The notes beneath the pieces are model-generated. The model had not been told where the DNA came from. It saw only the letters and a program-made list of their open reading frames with translations, and did not search any database. The translations under genes were made by a program, and so were the position numbers. Positions 53,887-63,721 of a stretch of DNA of 64,000 bases are shown in pieces; within the stretch, counting starts at the first letter, position 1, and each line of letters starts with the position of its first letter. This stretch comes from a phage, in sequence record PZ386971.1, one strand, 5' to 3'.

Positions 53887-54171
53887 ATGTCATTAGCAGC
53901 ATACAACAAAGAATTTTCAGAAATAAATTATGACTTCTTGTTTGCGAGTGAGCGCCGATTTGTACAGGCGAATGAATATTTGGAAAACCACGGTATGGAA
54001 TCCAGATATGAAAATATATTGAACATGCAAGCGGCCATGGCGACGACTGAACTTGGGGCTGACAGTTATGAAGCCAAAGCATATTCTCGTCTTACCCATT
54101 ATGATCAGACCATGGTAGAAAAATATAAATCTATCCTTTCTCAGAACGGGTGGGTAAATGAAATTTCTTGA
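53887..54171 (+). CDS. Hypothetical small protein (94 aa)
   Basis: ATG 53887 with AGAGGTG SD; track ORF begins upstream. Confidence 0.4.
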   Translation: MSLAAYNKEFSEINYDFLFASERRFVQANEYLENHGMESRYENILNMQAAMATTELGADSYEAKAYSRLTHYDQTMVEKYKSILSQNGWVNEIS

Positions 54172-55219
54172 CGAACAATTCATAAATTACGTTGCTCCCA
54201 GACTCGATAAATTCAAGTGGGAACGTGTTGGGTCTGTCGCAAATTTTAGATGCCCACTTTGTGGAGATTCTCTCAAAAGTGCTAACAAGCGACGCGGTTA
54301 TTTTTTCTTCGATCGAGATAATGATTGCTTTCGGTTTAAATGTCATAATTGCCATAACATGAGTGGCTGGGCGTTTGAGTTCTGGTTGAAGAAGTTTGAT
54401 GAACGCTTGTCCACCGAGTACAACATGGAGAAGTTCCGTCTGCTGGGTGATTCATCTTCCAAGCCGCTCCCGGCGCTGAAGCCTTTGCCAAAGCTGACAC
54501 AGTCAGCCCGTATCGGTTCAATGGAGGCTAAACGCGACGAGAGCCTCCTCGGCAATATGCTCCGACTTGATCTGCTACCGCCCAACCATAAGGCTCGGCA
54601 GTACGTACAGGGCAGGGGAATGCCGGAGAGCACGTTGCCCCTCCTGTATTACACCCAACACTTCCGCCAGGATCTACTCCAGTTCGAAACGAACCCCGAG
54701 AAGCAGCTGAAAATCCCCGATGACGAACGGCTGGTGATTCCATTCTGGACGCAAGACGGGCGTATGAAGATCGTCCAGGGGCGTGCATTTGAAGTGCGTG
54801 ATGGGATACTGCGGTACTCTACTGTCAAGCCGCGCGATGAAGACACTAAGGTCTATGGTGAAGACCGGGTGAACATTCACAAGACCAAGCTGGTTGTGGA
54901 AGGTCCGATTGACAGCCTATTCCTACCCAACTGTCTTGCATCGGCCGACGCTGATCTACTGAGTGTGAAGGGCGACATCTATATCCCCGACAACCAGTAC
55001 CGGAACCCGCAGGTGTGTGACGGTATCCAGAAGATGATAGATAAAGGTGTCAAGGTTGTACTGTTCCCACCAGACGTTCCTTGGAAGGATATCAACGACA
55101 TGGTCATGCCATCAAAGGGCAACATGTCCATACAAGACCTCCTGAAGCTGATCGCCAAGAACGTTTACCAGGGTATGGCCGCATCATTACAATTCGCAGA
55201 ACTGAGGAAAGTACGATGA
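54158..55219 (+). CDS. 61: DNA primase (T4 gp61-like, zinc ribbon + TOPRIM)
   Basis: FRCPLCGDS...FKCHNCH zinc-binding region; VVEGPIDSLF TOPRIM acidic motif. Confidence 0.7.
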   Translation: MKFLDEQFINYVAPRLDKFKWERVGSVANFRCPLCGDSLKSANKRRGYFFFDRDNDCFRFKCHNCHNMSGWAFEFWLKKFDERLSTEYNMEKFRLLGDSSSKPLPALKPLPKLTQSARIGSMEAKRDESLLGNMLRLDLLPPNHKARQYVQGRGMPESTLPLLYYTQHFRQDLLQFETNPEKQLKIPDDERLVIPFWTQDGRMKIVQGRAFEVRDGILRYSTVKPRDEDTKVYGEDRVNIHKTKLVVEGPIDSLFLPNCLASADADLLSVKGDIYIPDNQYRNPQVCDGIQKMIDKGVKVVLFPPDVPWKDINDMVMPSKGNMSIQDLLKLIAKNVYQGMAASLQFAELRKVR

Positions 55220-55422
55220 CGTTAGAAGAACTGAACAAACTGGACGACGGAGAGATCTTGCGGGGGTACTTGAAATCTCGTGAGGGATATGTCCTATCTG
55301 GGGAAGAGTCTCCGAGTTTCATCCACGGCTGGAAGAATGGTCAGGCGGACTTCCATGGGGTTCCCATCAGTGATGAGCAGGCCGAATTGGCTCGCGAGTT
55401 TGTAAGATTTCGCCCGAACTAA
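55216..55422 (+). CDS. Hypothetical small protein (68 aa)
   Basis: ATG overlapping the primase stop. Confidence 0.4.
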   Translation: MTLEELNKLDDGEILRGYLKSREGYVLSGEESPSFIHGWKNGQADFHGVPISDEQAELAREFVRFRPN

Positions 55423-55450
55423 AACTTTTTAATTCACATTACTTCCCTCC

Positions 55451-55476
55451 AGGCCTCATTCGACGAGGCCTTTTAA
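55451..55476 (+). terminator. Rho-independent terminator
   Basis: aggcctcATTCGACgaggcct then TTTT. Confidence 0.6.
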
Positions 55477-55516
55477 AATACTTCAAAAATAATTTTAAAA
55501 AATTATTGAAAAAGAC

Positions 55517-55548
55517 TTTACTCTTCAATAATAGCGCACTATTATAAT
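55517..55548 (+). promoter_or_regulatory. Strong early promoter with AT-rich upstream element (-35 TTTACT, 17 bp, -10 TATTATAAT)
   Basis: aaaataattttaaaaaattattgaaaaagaCTTTACTcttcaataatagcgcacTATTATAAT. Confidence 0.5.
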
Positions 55549-55617
55549 CACATAGGGCGGCAACACACCGCCGAATGAAAAGTGAAACGAACCAACTACA
55601 TTATGAGGAATTACATC

Positions 55618-56106
55618 ATGGCTACTACCAAAACTCTGATCACCAACGGCACCATCTCTTTCGAACTGAACACCGAAGTTGCTAAAGTTGAAATGTTCCG
55701 CATCGCTCAAGCAGCTGGCTTCACTGGTGGCAAAACTTCCTTCATGAACCTGCTGAACGGTAAAGTGAAAGCGACTAACGGCTTCACCCTGGTAGAGCAG
55801 GTTGTGGTTGATAAAGCTGTGGTTGCTAAGACTGCCGACAAAGTTGGTATGCTGAAAAACCTGGGCCACGACATTCACATTGTCGAAGCGAAGACCGAAA
55901 CTTACGGCACCATCGTAGTCGGTAAAGGTCGCATCCAGCTGAACCCACTGAACAACGGTTCCTTCTCTGTGATGGTCTTCCCTAAGAAGGGATACGACAA
56001 CACCGACATCGTGAAAGCTGCTGGCGGCGAAGCAAAAGCTCAGTACGTCAAAATGGGTAAACTGAGCGCCGACGCAGTTGAAGATCTGGTGAGCAAACTG
56101 GCCTAA
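55618..56106 (+). CDS. Hypothetical protein (162 aa), probably abundant
   Basis: Strong promoter and UP element upstream; codon choice looks biased toward abundant codons; Gly/Lys/Thr-rich. Confidence 0.55.
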   Translation: MATTKTLITNGTISFELNTEVAKVEMFRIAQAAGFTGGKTSFMNLLNGKVKATNGFTLVEQVVVDKAVVAKTADKVGMLKNLGHDIHIVEAKTETYGTIVVGKGRIQLNPLNNGSFSVMVFPKKGYDNTDIVKAAGGEAKAQYVKMGKLSADAVEDLVSKLA

Positions 56107-56252
56107 TCCAGACGTGTAACATAGGGGAGGCAACTCCCCCTATCAGGTCTTGGGAGGAGATCACAGTCATTCAATCCTCTTTGGTGCTCTCTGGGTTGCT
56201 GACACATCCAGAACAAAGTCTCCCCCAGCTCCTCGAGTAGTTCACTTTCACT

Positions 56253-56262
56253 TTAAATACCT
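56253..56262 (+). promoter_or_regulatory. Late-promoter-like motif CTTTAAATAC upstream of endolysin
   Basis: About 27 nt upstream of ATG 56289; the SD GGAGGT lies in a possible hairpin acctcTGCATTCATTGTGgaggt. Confidence 0.3.
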
Positions 56263-56288
56263 CTGCATTCATTGTGGAGGTATTTCTT

Positions 56289-57083
56289 ATGGCCATTCTA
56301 AAACTTGGCAACCGTGGCACTGAAGTGAAGGCACTTCAGGATAGCCTCAACAAAATCGGCTTCACCCTCGTCGCTGATGGTATCTTTGGCAAGGCAACAG
56401 AGAACGCCGTCAAGACTGTTCAGGCGGGTGCGGGGCTTGTCATCGATGGTATCGTGGGTCCAAAGACCTCCTATGCTATTCGCAACGCCGGAGACGCCCA
56501 TCAGGATCATCTAACTGAGTCAGACCTGATTGATGCTGCTAACGATCTGGGTGTTGACCTCGCCTCTGTCAAGGCGGTGAATCAGGTTGAGTCGCGCGGC
56601 ACGGGCTTCACCAAGTCAGGTAAGATCAAGACATTATTTGAGCGCCACATCATGTATAAGAAGCTGATGGCGAAGTTCGGACAGGCTCGGGCGAATGCCA
56701 TGGGACATATGTACCCGACGTTGGTCAGTCCTTCCGCAGGCGGGTACACGGGAGGCGACGCGGAGTTGGATCGACTTCATGCGGCCATCAACATCGATGA
56801 GGATTGTGCGTACGAGAGCGCCTCTTACGGTCTCTTCCAGATCATGGGATTCAACTGCCAGGTCTGTGGATACGCCAACGCCAAGGAGATGTTCAACGAC
56901 TTCCTGACAGGAGAACGTGCTCATTTGATGGCATTCGTGAAGTTCATCAAGGCTGACGCCAAGCTCTGGCAGGCTCTGAAGGACAAGAACTGGTCTGAAT
57001 TTGCACGGCGCTATAATGGTCCGGCGTATGCCAAGAACCAGTACGACAAGAAGCTCGCAGCAGCATACAAGAGTTTCAGTTAA
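56289..57083 (+). CDS. Endolysin: peptidoglycan-binding domain + DUF3380-type muramidase domain
   Basis: N-terminus LKLGNRGTEVKALQDSLNKIGF...DGIFGKATENAVKTVQ (PG_binding_1-like); C-terminus ESRGTGF...SYGLFQIMGFN...WSEFARRYNGP. Confidence 0.8.
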   Translation: MAILKLGNRGTEVKALQDSLNKIGFTLVADGIFGKATENAVKTVQAGAGLVIDGIVGPKTSYAIRNAGDAHQDHLTESDLIDAANDLGVDLASVKAVNQVESRGTGFTKSGKIKTLFERHIMYKKLMAKFGQARANAMGHMYPTLVSPSAGGYTGGDAELDRLHAAINIDEDCAYESASYGLFQIMGFNCQVCGYANAKEMFNDFLTGERAHLMAFVKFIKADAKLWQALKDKNWSEFARRYNGPAYAKNQYDKKLAAAYKSFS

Positions 57084-57088
57084 CTCAA

Positions 57089-57111
57089 AGGCCGGAAACG
57101 GCCTTTTCTTT
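57089..57111 (+). terminator. Rho-independent terminator after endolysin
   Basis: aggccgGAAAcggcct then TTTCTTT. Confidence 0.6.
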
Positions 57112-57185
57112 ATCCAATCCTCAGGTATGCTGGGGTTGTCACCTTAATTAGAGGTGATGACACCCTGAGATATAGGAAGGTTCCC

Positions 57186-58028
57186 ATGCAATCTGCCACC
57201 AAAGTTGTAAGTAAGAAGCCAGCGGGTAAGACCAAGTCAGCACGTAAGAAAGAGACAATTCAGAAAGAAGATGACTGGATGAAGTTCTCTAAAGGTGACT
57301 TCAGAATCGCTCCATTCAATGGCCTCTCAGAAAATCAGAACCTCGCGTATCAATCTGCTCTTGAAGAAAACCTCACCATCGCAATCGGTCCGGCAGGCAC
57401 AGGTAAATCGTATTGTGGTGCCTCAGCCGCCGCCAAGCTCCTGATCGATAAAGTGGTCAGCAAGATCGTCATCACGCGCTCTCCGCTGCCAACAGGCCAG
57501 ACTGCAGGCTTCCGCCCTGGCGACACATACGAAAAACTGATGCCATATCTGATGCCCCTGATTCAGACGCTGAAGAAGGTGCTGAAGACTGACACAGGTA
57601 GCGACGGTTTCTTCAACTATCTGTGGGAGAAGCGGATCATTGAGATCCAGGATCTGGAGACCATCAAGGGGATGACCTTCGACGACACCTTCCTGATCAT
57701 TGAAGAAGCGCAGGAATGTGATATGGAGCAGCTGAAGAACCTACTGACCCGCGCATCCGACTCGACTTATATCTTTGTCAACGGTGACATCAAACAGTCC
57801 AACAAGCGCCTGCGCGACAGCGCCCTTGAAAAGTACGTCAGTTCCTTCCGCGACTTCAACGCCAAGCTGGAGGCCGGAACCCTGAAGATCGATGGTATTG
57901 ACGTCGGTGATGAGTACCCTGAATGGGTTCAGCCGTTCAGTATCATCGAGTTCGACAAGTCTGACCGCAACGGGCGCGGCGACTTCACCCGCCTGATGCT
58001 GGAAGTCAACGATCTGTACGACATTTAA
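57186..58028 (+). CDS. phoH: PhoH-like ATPase
   Basis: GPAGTGKS Walker A and IIEEAQE Walker B-like segment in a 280-aa protein, as in PhoH family. Confidence 0.8.
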   Translation: MQSATKVVSKKPAGKTKSARKKETIQKEDDWMKFSKGDFRIAPFNGLSENQNLAYQSALEENLTIAIGPAGTGKSYCGASAAAKLLIDKVVSKIVITRSPLPTGQTAGFRPGDTYEKLMPYLMPLIQTLKKVLKTDTGSDGFFNYLWEKRIIEIQDLETIKGMTFDDTFLIIEEAQECDMEQLKNLLTRASDSTYIFVNGDIKQSNKRLRDSALEKYVSSFRDFNAKLEAGTLKIDGIDVGDEYPEWVQPFSIIEFDKSDRNGRGDFTRLMLEVNDLYDI

Positions 58029-58111
58029 GTAACTCGCCAACCCTCCCCGCCGCCTTCAATCTACGAGGGCGGCGTATAATAAAACCTGCGTAAACAAACC
58101 CGAGGAACACC

Positions 58112-60394
58112 ATGATTAACGTTATAAAACGTGACGGATCTTCTGTCCCATTTGATATTGAGAAACTACACGCAGTCGTAGACCGCGCATGTGATGGCCT
58201 GTCTGGTGTGTCAATGTCAGAGGTGATCGCTGCATCGAAGATTCAGTTCACCGACAACATGAGAACAGATCGCATTCAGGATATCCTCATCCAGGCTGCG
58301 GCTTCACTGATCTCTGTAGAGAAACCCAACTACCAGTATGTGGCCGCTCGCCTGAAGTCATATGATCTGCGCAAGGCTGTCTATGGCCAGTACAAGCCGC
58401 CTCACCTGCTGGACATCTTCGTCAAGAACATCAAACAGCGCGTGTATGATCGTGAGTTCCTTGATCTCTACACGACCGAAGAGTTCAACGAGCTGAACGA
58501 TGTTATTAACCACAAACGTGACAAGAACTTCACGTGGGCGGCCATGGGCCAGCTGACAGAGAAGTATCTGCTGCGCGACCGTTCCAAGAAAGACAGCAAG
58601 ATCTTCTATGAAACTCCACAGGTCATGTACATGGGCATCGCCATGGCGTTGTTCTCCAACTGGGACAAAGCCAGCCGCCTGGAGATGGTGAAAAAGTTCT
58701 ATGAATATGCCAGCACAGGCAAGTTCAGTCTTCCCACCCCGATTATGGCAGGTGTTCGTACTCCTACCCGTCAGTTCAGTTCCTGTGTGTTAATCAAGAC
58801 GGATGACACCCTGAACTCTATCAACGCAACAGCCAAGACCATCGTTGACTATGTGTCCAAACGTGCGGGTATCGGCTTCGATGTCGGGGCAATCCGTGGG
58901 ATTGGTAGTCCTATTCGCGGCGGAGAGATGGTTCACACAGGCCTGATCCCGTTCATCAAGTATCTCACTGGGGCACTCAAATCGTGCTCTCAGGGCGGCA
59001 TTCGTGGTGGTGCAGCAACAGCGTACATCCCTCTGTGGCATTACCAGTTCGATGACGTCGTTGTTCTGAAGAACAACCGTGGTACTGAAGAAAACCGCGA
59101 ACGCCGTATCGACTATGGCATTCAGATCAACCGCGTGATGTTTGAGCGCCTGGTTGCCAAGCAGCCTCTGTATCTGTTCGACCCGAAAGACAACCGCGAA
59201 ATGTATGAAGCATACTTCGCTGACGTTGACAAGTTCCGTACTCTGTATGAGAACATGATCAAGGCCGCTGATGCTGGTTTGGTTCGTGCTAAAAAGTTGC
59301 AGGCAGAAGAGGTGTTCCAGATGCTGTTAGACCAGCGTTCAGACACAGGCCGCATCTACATCGCATTTGTCGATCACATGAATGAATACAGTCCATTCAA
59401 CCTAGACACGATTTATTCTTCAAATCTTTGTTTAGAAATCGCCCTGCCGACCCGTGAGTTTGAGCAGTACAACGATGAAAACGGGCGCGTGGCTCTGTGC
59501 ACCCTGGCTTCCTTCAACCTGACAGCGTTCGAAGATCCTACGGAAATGGAAGACGTGGCGTTCGTGTTGGTGTCTGCGCTGGACATGCTGTTGGAATATC
59601 AGGACTATCCAGCGATTCAGGCTCGCAAGGCTGTTGAAGACTATCGTCCTCTGGGTGTTGGTATCGTGAACGTGGCTCACTTCCTGGCCAAGAACTTCAC
59701 GGGCTATGGCTCACCAGCTGGTCTTGAAATGCTGGATGCGTGGATGGCACACCTGCACTTCTATCTGGTCAAGGCGTCCAACCGTCTGGCCATGAAGTTC
59801 GGGGCGTGTAAACGCAGAACCATCCACAATAATGGGCAGGTCACCGCCGACCTTCAGCCGCTTCCACTTGATATCCTACCAAATGGCAAGAAGCCAGAAG
59901 GGATGGCATACGGGCTGGATTGGGATGAGTTGAAGGATAATCTGAAGACCTATGGTATCCGCAACGCCACTCTGCTGGCAGTAGCCCCTACCGAAAGCTC
60001 CTCACAGGTCCTCAACGCAACGAACGGCATTGAGCCACCGAAGGGCTTGGTGAGCATCAAGGGTAGCAAGGACGGCACTTATAAGCAGGTCGTCCCGGAC
60101 GTTGAGACCCTTGGACCGATGTATGACCTCAAGTGGGACCTGGACTGTATTGAGTACCTGAAGACCGCTGCTGTCATCCAGCGCTGGGTTGACCAGTCCA
60201 TCAGTACCAACACGTGGTATGACCCAGAGAAGTACCCTGACAGCAAGATCCCTCGCGCCAAGATGATGCAGGATATCCTGTCGTTCTATATGTGGGGTGG
60301 CAAGACTCTGTATTACAACACAAACAAGGACGCCAAGGAAGACGAAGAGCTGAAGCAGGCTGAGGAAACTCAGTGCGATAGCTGTGTTGTATAA
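58112..60394 (+). CDS. nrdA: Ribonucleotide reductase class Ia alpha subunit
   Basis: 760 aa; N-terminal ATP-cone (VIKRDGSSVPFDIEKL); C-terminal redox Cys pair CDSCVV; size equals T4 NrdA. Confidence 0.95.
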   Translation: MINVIKRDGSSVPFDIEKLHAVVDRACDGLSGVSMSEVIAASKIQFTDNMRTDRIQDILIQAAASLISVEKPNYQYVAARLKSYDLRKAVYGQYKPPHLLDIFVKNIKQRVYDREFLDLYTTEEFNELNDVINHKRDKNFTWAAMGQLTEKYLLRDRSKKDSKIFYETPQVMYMGIAMALFSNWDKASRLEMVKKFYEYASTGKFSLPTPIMAGVRTPTRQFSSCVLIKTDDTLNSINATAKTIVDYVSKRAGIGFDVGAIRGIGSPIRGGEMVHTGLIPFIKYLTGALKSCSQGGIRGGAATAYIPLWHYQFDDVVVLKNNRGTEENRERRIDYGIQINRVMFERLVAKQPLYLFDPKDNREMYEAYFADVDKFRTLYENMIKAADAGLVRAKKLQAEEVFQMLLDQRSDTGRIYIAFVDHMNEYSPFNLDTIYSSNLCLEIALPTREFEQYNDENGRVALCTLASFNLTAFEDPTEMEDVAFVLVSALDMLLEYQDYPAIQARKAVEDYRPLGVGIVNVAHFLAKNFTGYGSPAGLEMLDAWMAHLHFYLVKASNRLAMKFGACKRRTIHNNGQVTADLQPLPLDILPNGKKPEGMAYGLDWDELKDNLKTYGIRNATLLAVAPTESSSQVLNATNGIEPPKGLVSIKGSKDGTYKQVVPDVETLGPMYDLKWDLDCIEYLKTAAVIQRWVDQSISTNTWYDPEKYPDSKIPRAKMMQDILSFYMWGGKTLYYNTNKDAKEDEELKQAEETQCDSCVV

Positions 60395-60463
60395 ATTGGT
60401 CTAAACCTACTACCGTTATATCATCAGGGGTGAGAGATCACCCCTATTCATCAGGAGTTCTAT

Positions 60464-60757
60464 ATGTTCCAAACGTTATTGTTAGTCCCTGGCCAACCAG
60501 GTATCTTGCTCGAACACAACAGCAAAATGGAAGCGGAGAATGTTCTGCGCAACGTGAAGGTGGCCACTGCTTGGCACAACGGCGGCGAAGTCACGGCTAT
60601 CCCGTTGAACTACACGGATCCAATGGATACTGTGAACCGTACTCACATCCTTCTAGACCTCAGCAAATTACCTGCAGACAAACGCCGGGATTTTGTTGTT
60701 AACATCAAGAATTACATTACCACCGAACAGATCAAACTCCACGAAGGCAAGGCATAA
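60464..60757 (+). CDS. Hypothetical small protein (97 aa) between nrdA and nrdB
   Basis: ORF with AGGAG SD. Confidence 0.4.
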   Translation: MFQTLLLVPGQPGILLEHNSKMEAENVLRNVKVATAWHNGGEVTAIPLNYTDPMDTVNRTHILLDLSKLPADKRRDFVVNIKNYITTEQIKLHEGKA

Positions 60758-60758
60758 C

Positions 60759-61862
60759 ATGAGCGAACAGAAACAATTCTCCGTATTCGACCCAAGCTCC
60801 GATAACACTGGTCTGCCGTTCTTCGGTGACCCAGTGAGCATTCAGCGTTACGATGTCGTGGCCTGGCCATTCGTACAGAAGTGGTATGAGAAAGGTCTCA
60901 GTCAATTCTGGCGTCCTGAAGAGGTGGACATCACCAAGGACAAGGCAGACTTCGCTACTCTGAACGAAGCAGAGAAACATGTCTACTTCAGCAACCTGAA
61001 GCGCCAGACCATGCTGGACTCTATCCAGGGTGCGGCTCCGTTCGAGGCGTTTGGTCCATGGGCGTCTACCCCTGAAATGCAGTTTGCTGTCCTTGAATGG
61101 ACGCGCCAGGAAGCCATTCACTCTTTATCTTACACCCACATTTTGCGCAATACTGTGAACGATCCAGGTATTGTGTTTGACCACGTACTGGATGTTGTGG
61201 AGATCGTGGACTGTGCTCACCAGATCAGTGTGTACTACGATGACATGGTACAGTACAGTGGCATGCGTATGGCCGGACGCATCTTCACCCGAGAAGATCT
61301 GATGAATGCCAAACGCGCATTCTGGCGTGCTCTGTTTGCTGCCAACACACTGGAAGGCATCCGCTTCTACGTGTCCTTTGCATGCTCTTGGGCATTCACA
61401 CAGTTCCAGAAGAAGATGGAAGGCAATGCCAAAATCATTCGACAGATCGCCCGTGATGAGCAGGATCACCTGATCCTGACCCAGACGCTGCTAAACCGCC
61501 TGCCTGGTATGGACCCTGACTTTGCAATCATCCGTGAGGAACTGCGTGGTGAGATGACCCAGATGTTCCTGGACGTGGTTCATCAAGAGAAGGAGTGGGC
61601 GAACTACCTATTCAAAGACGGTTCCATCCTGGGGCTGAACGCCAAGATCCTTCATCAGATGGTAGACTGGCTGGCAACCCACCGAATGGGCGCTATCGGG
61701 CATCCATATCCCGGTGAACCTCGCAAGGAGAACCCAGTCCCATGGATTAATGACTGGCTAGATAATAAGGCAATGCAGTACGCGTTGCAGGAAGCGGAAG
61801 CTCCTGATTATCTGATGGGTGTACTGACTGGTTCGGTATCCGATGGCCTCAAATTCGCTTAA
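60759..61862 (+). CDS. nrdB: Ribonucleotide reductase beta subunit
   Basis: 367 aa; di-iron ligand region EAIHSLSYTH and EGIRFYVSFA; no intron interruption. Confidence 0.9.
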   Translation: MSEQKQFSVFDPSSDNTGLPFFGDPVSIQRYDVVAWPFVQKWYEKGLSQFWRPEEVDITKDKADFATLNEAEKHVYFSNLKRQTMLDSIQGAAPFEAFGPWASTPEMQFAVLEWTRQEAIHSLSYTHILRNTVNDPGIVFDHVLDVVEIVDCAHQISVYYDDMVQYSGMRMAGRIFTREDLMNAKRAFWRALFAANTLEGIRFYVSFACSWAFTQFQKKMEGNAKIIRQIARDEQDHLILTQTLLNRLPGMDPDFAIIREELRGEMTQMFLDVVHQEKEWANYLFKDGSILGLNAKILHQMVDWLATHRMGAIGHPYPGEPRKENPVPWINDWLDNKAMQYALQEAEAPDYLMGVLTGSVSDGLKFA

Positions 61863-61871
61863 AGGTGAGAA

Positions 61872-62096
61872 ATGATTACTATCTATTCCAAACAAGGTTG
61901 CGCTCAGTGTGTAACAGCCGAAAATCTGTGCAAAATGAAAGGGCTGGAACACAAGATCCTCAAGCTGGACAAAGATTACCGGCTGGAAGAACTTCAGCAG
62001 TTGACGGGTAAGCCGCGCGTGTCGATGCCTGTAATCGTCCTCGCTGACCAGACCGTGACCGACGTTAATGGACTCGCCGCCAGCCTTAAACGCTGA
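61872..62096 (+). CDS. Glutaredoxin/NrdH-like small redoxin
   Basis: 74 aa; MITIYSKQGCAQCV CxxC active site; directly downstream of nrdB. Confidence 0.7.
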   Translation: MITIYSKQGCAQCVTAENLCKMKGLEHKILKLDKDYRLEELQQLTGKPRVSMPVIVLADQTVTDVNGLAASLKR

Positions 62097-62122
62097 CAAG
62101 CCAAAGCCCCTCATTGAGGGGC

Positions 62123-62151
62123 TTTACTTCTATAATCCCTGCGCTTATACT
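62123..62151 (+). promoter_or_regulatory. Early promoter (-35 TTTACT, 17 bp, -10 TATACT)
   Basis: Hairpin agcccctCATTGaggggct then TTTACTtctataatccctgcgctTATACT; AGGAACTATATCATG at the ORF start. Confidence 0.45.
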
Positions 62152-62202
62152 TCCCAGTAATTCATTGGCATTCGCCACAAATTGAACAGCAGGAACTATA
62201 TC

Positions 62203-62442
62203 ATGACCGACTCTGAAGTCTACGACACCTCAATGAAATACCACGCCATGACAGCCAAACGCGGCTGTGCTGCTAACAAGGCATATTGGATAGGTGAACT
62301 CAGAACCCTCCGCGCCGTGGTCAACCACGAAATCATTATGAATCACGACAACAACGGTCAAGGTAAAGACCGAGAAGAATTGAAGGTTGCTCGTGAACGT
62401 CTTCGCTTTGGTCTGACCAAAGCCCTTGAATATGTGAAATAA
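62203..62442 (+). CDS. Hypothetical small protein (79 aa)
   Basis: ATG preceded by CAGGAACTATATC. Confidence 0.45.
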   Translation: MTDSEVYDTSMKYHAMTAKRGCAANKAYWIGELRTLRAVVNHEIIMNHDNNGQGKDREELKVARERLRFGLTKALEYVK

Positions 62443-62453
62443 GGAACTATATC

Positions 62454-62915
62454 ATGACAAACAAAGTACTCACCAACCCACTGCACAACTTCGGTTACAT
62501 TCAACTCCCTCTGGTGATCGACACCCTGTACGCCGACGACAAAGAAGAGATCTGCTGGTCACCCACCGCACTGATTGAACGCGAAATCTTCAAGTCTGTT
62601 GTTGATGTCATGTTCCGTATCGGTCGCAATGGACCTCTGGTCTACCTCGGCAAGGTGACTGAGTTGAAGACAAGCCACAACGAACGCTTCCTTCGTATCG
62701 ATACAACGGGGTGCTCTCATCAGGACTTCAACACATTGCGCAATTATGTTCTGGTCAACCGCCCGGTCAGTCAACACCGCCCGTATCTGACGTCAATGCA
62801 CATCGACAATTTCATCACCGACGTACACCTCCGCGCCGAAACCCTCCATGAAGAGGAAACAGGCCGAGCTATCGACACAGTCTTAAATATGGTTGTGATC
62901 ACCCTGGCGGAGTAG
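62454..62915 (+). CDS. Hypothetical protein (153 aa)
   Basis: ATG preceded by AAGGAACTATATC. Confidence 0.5.
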   Translation: MTNKVLTNPLHNFGYIQLPLVIDTLYADDKEEICWSPTALIEREIFKSVVDVMFRIGRNGPLVYLGKVTELKTSHNERFLRIDTTGCSHQDFNTLRNYVLVNRPVSQHRPYLTSMHIDNFITDVHLRAETLHEEETGRAIDTVLNMVVITLAE

Positions 62916-62920
62916 TCCTC

Positions 62921-63271
62921 ATGCAAGATTACAAAGAGTTGAGAATGCAGCTGGCAGTCCCCATACCAGACAAAGGTTTATACCAGAACCTGCATCATCT
63001 GATGTCTGAAGGGCATATGCTGCCCTTGCGGTCTGAGGATGGATCTCAGATCGGTTATGCCACCAGTTGCGTGGTCTACGACAAACCAGGAGACGAAGAG
63101 CGCGGAAAGGTCAGTGTGGGTTCCAGATTTGTGTTGAACAAGAAGCTGGAGGGATCAGTGGTTGACGTCAGGCCGATGATTATCCTCTACCAATTCAACG
63201 GCAAAGAAATGTTCAGGTTATTGAGCCACTTCATGTTAGTCGTGGCTCCGGCATTCAGGACGAAATTCTAA
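62921..63271 (+). CDS. Hypothetical protein (116 aa)
   Basis: ORF immediately after the previous gene. Confidence 0.45.
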   Translation: MQDYKELRMQLAVPIPDKGLYQNLHHLMSEGHMLPLRSEDGSQIGYATSCVVYDKPGDEERGKVSVGSRFVLNKKLEGSVVDVRPMIILYQFNGKEMFRLLSHFMLVVAPAFRTKF

Positions 63272-63648
63272 TTCGTCCTTTTCAACCACACGGTGTCTGT
63301 TATTGGATCTGGATTGTTGACCACATAGAATGTGATGGTCACGCCCAGAGAGTGGTAATCCTCTGACAGACTCACCGTGACTTCTTCTACCTCTGCTCTG
63401 GGTTCATACAGGGCGATGGCGTCCTCTACTTTGTTCTTCACATCTACCTGGATAGTCGGTGTCGTGTTTTCACCCAGCAGCCCATAAAGTCCCGCGCCGA
63501 TCCCAGGATAAGTGGGCCAGTCCCCGACTGAAGACATGACGATATTCCGCACGGATTGTAAGACAGCATACACACCTGATTTCATGGTGACATCTTTGGT
63601 CACCGGATGCATGCCGAACTTCAGATCGACATCTTTATACTCTTTCAT
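63268..63648 (-). CDS. 25: Baseplate wedge protein (T4 gp25-like)
   Basis: ALYEPRAEVEEVTVSLSEDYHSLGVTITFYVVNNPD aligns with T4 gp25 RNYEPRIDKLAVNVIPVYDDYTLIVEIRFSVIDNPD. Confidence 0.8.
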   Translation of the reverse strand: MKEYKDVDLKFGMHPVTKDVTMKSGVYAVLQSVRNIVMSSVGDWPTYPGIGAGLYGLLGENTTPTIQVDVKNKVEDAIALYEPRAEVEEVTVSLSEDYHSLGVTITFYVVNNPDPITDTVWLKRTN

Positions 63649-63721
63649 TTCGCGATCCTCTCAGGATGCCTATAAGGAGCAGAGAGACGTGCTGTCCCTC
63701 TGCCACTAAACTTATACCAAC

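Noticed and set aside
58112-61862. Group I intron or intein in nrdA or nrdB, as in some T4-type phages
   Set aside because: Both ORFs are continuous and of canonical length, with only a 97-aa free-standing ORF between them.
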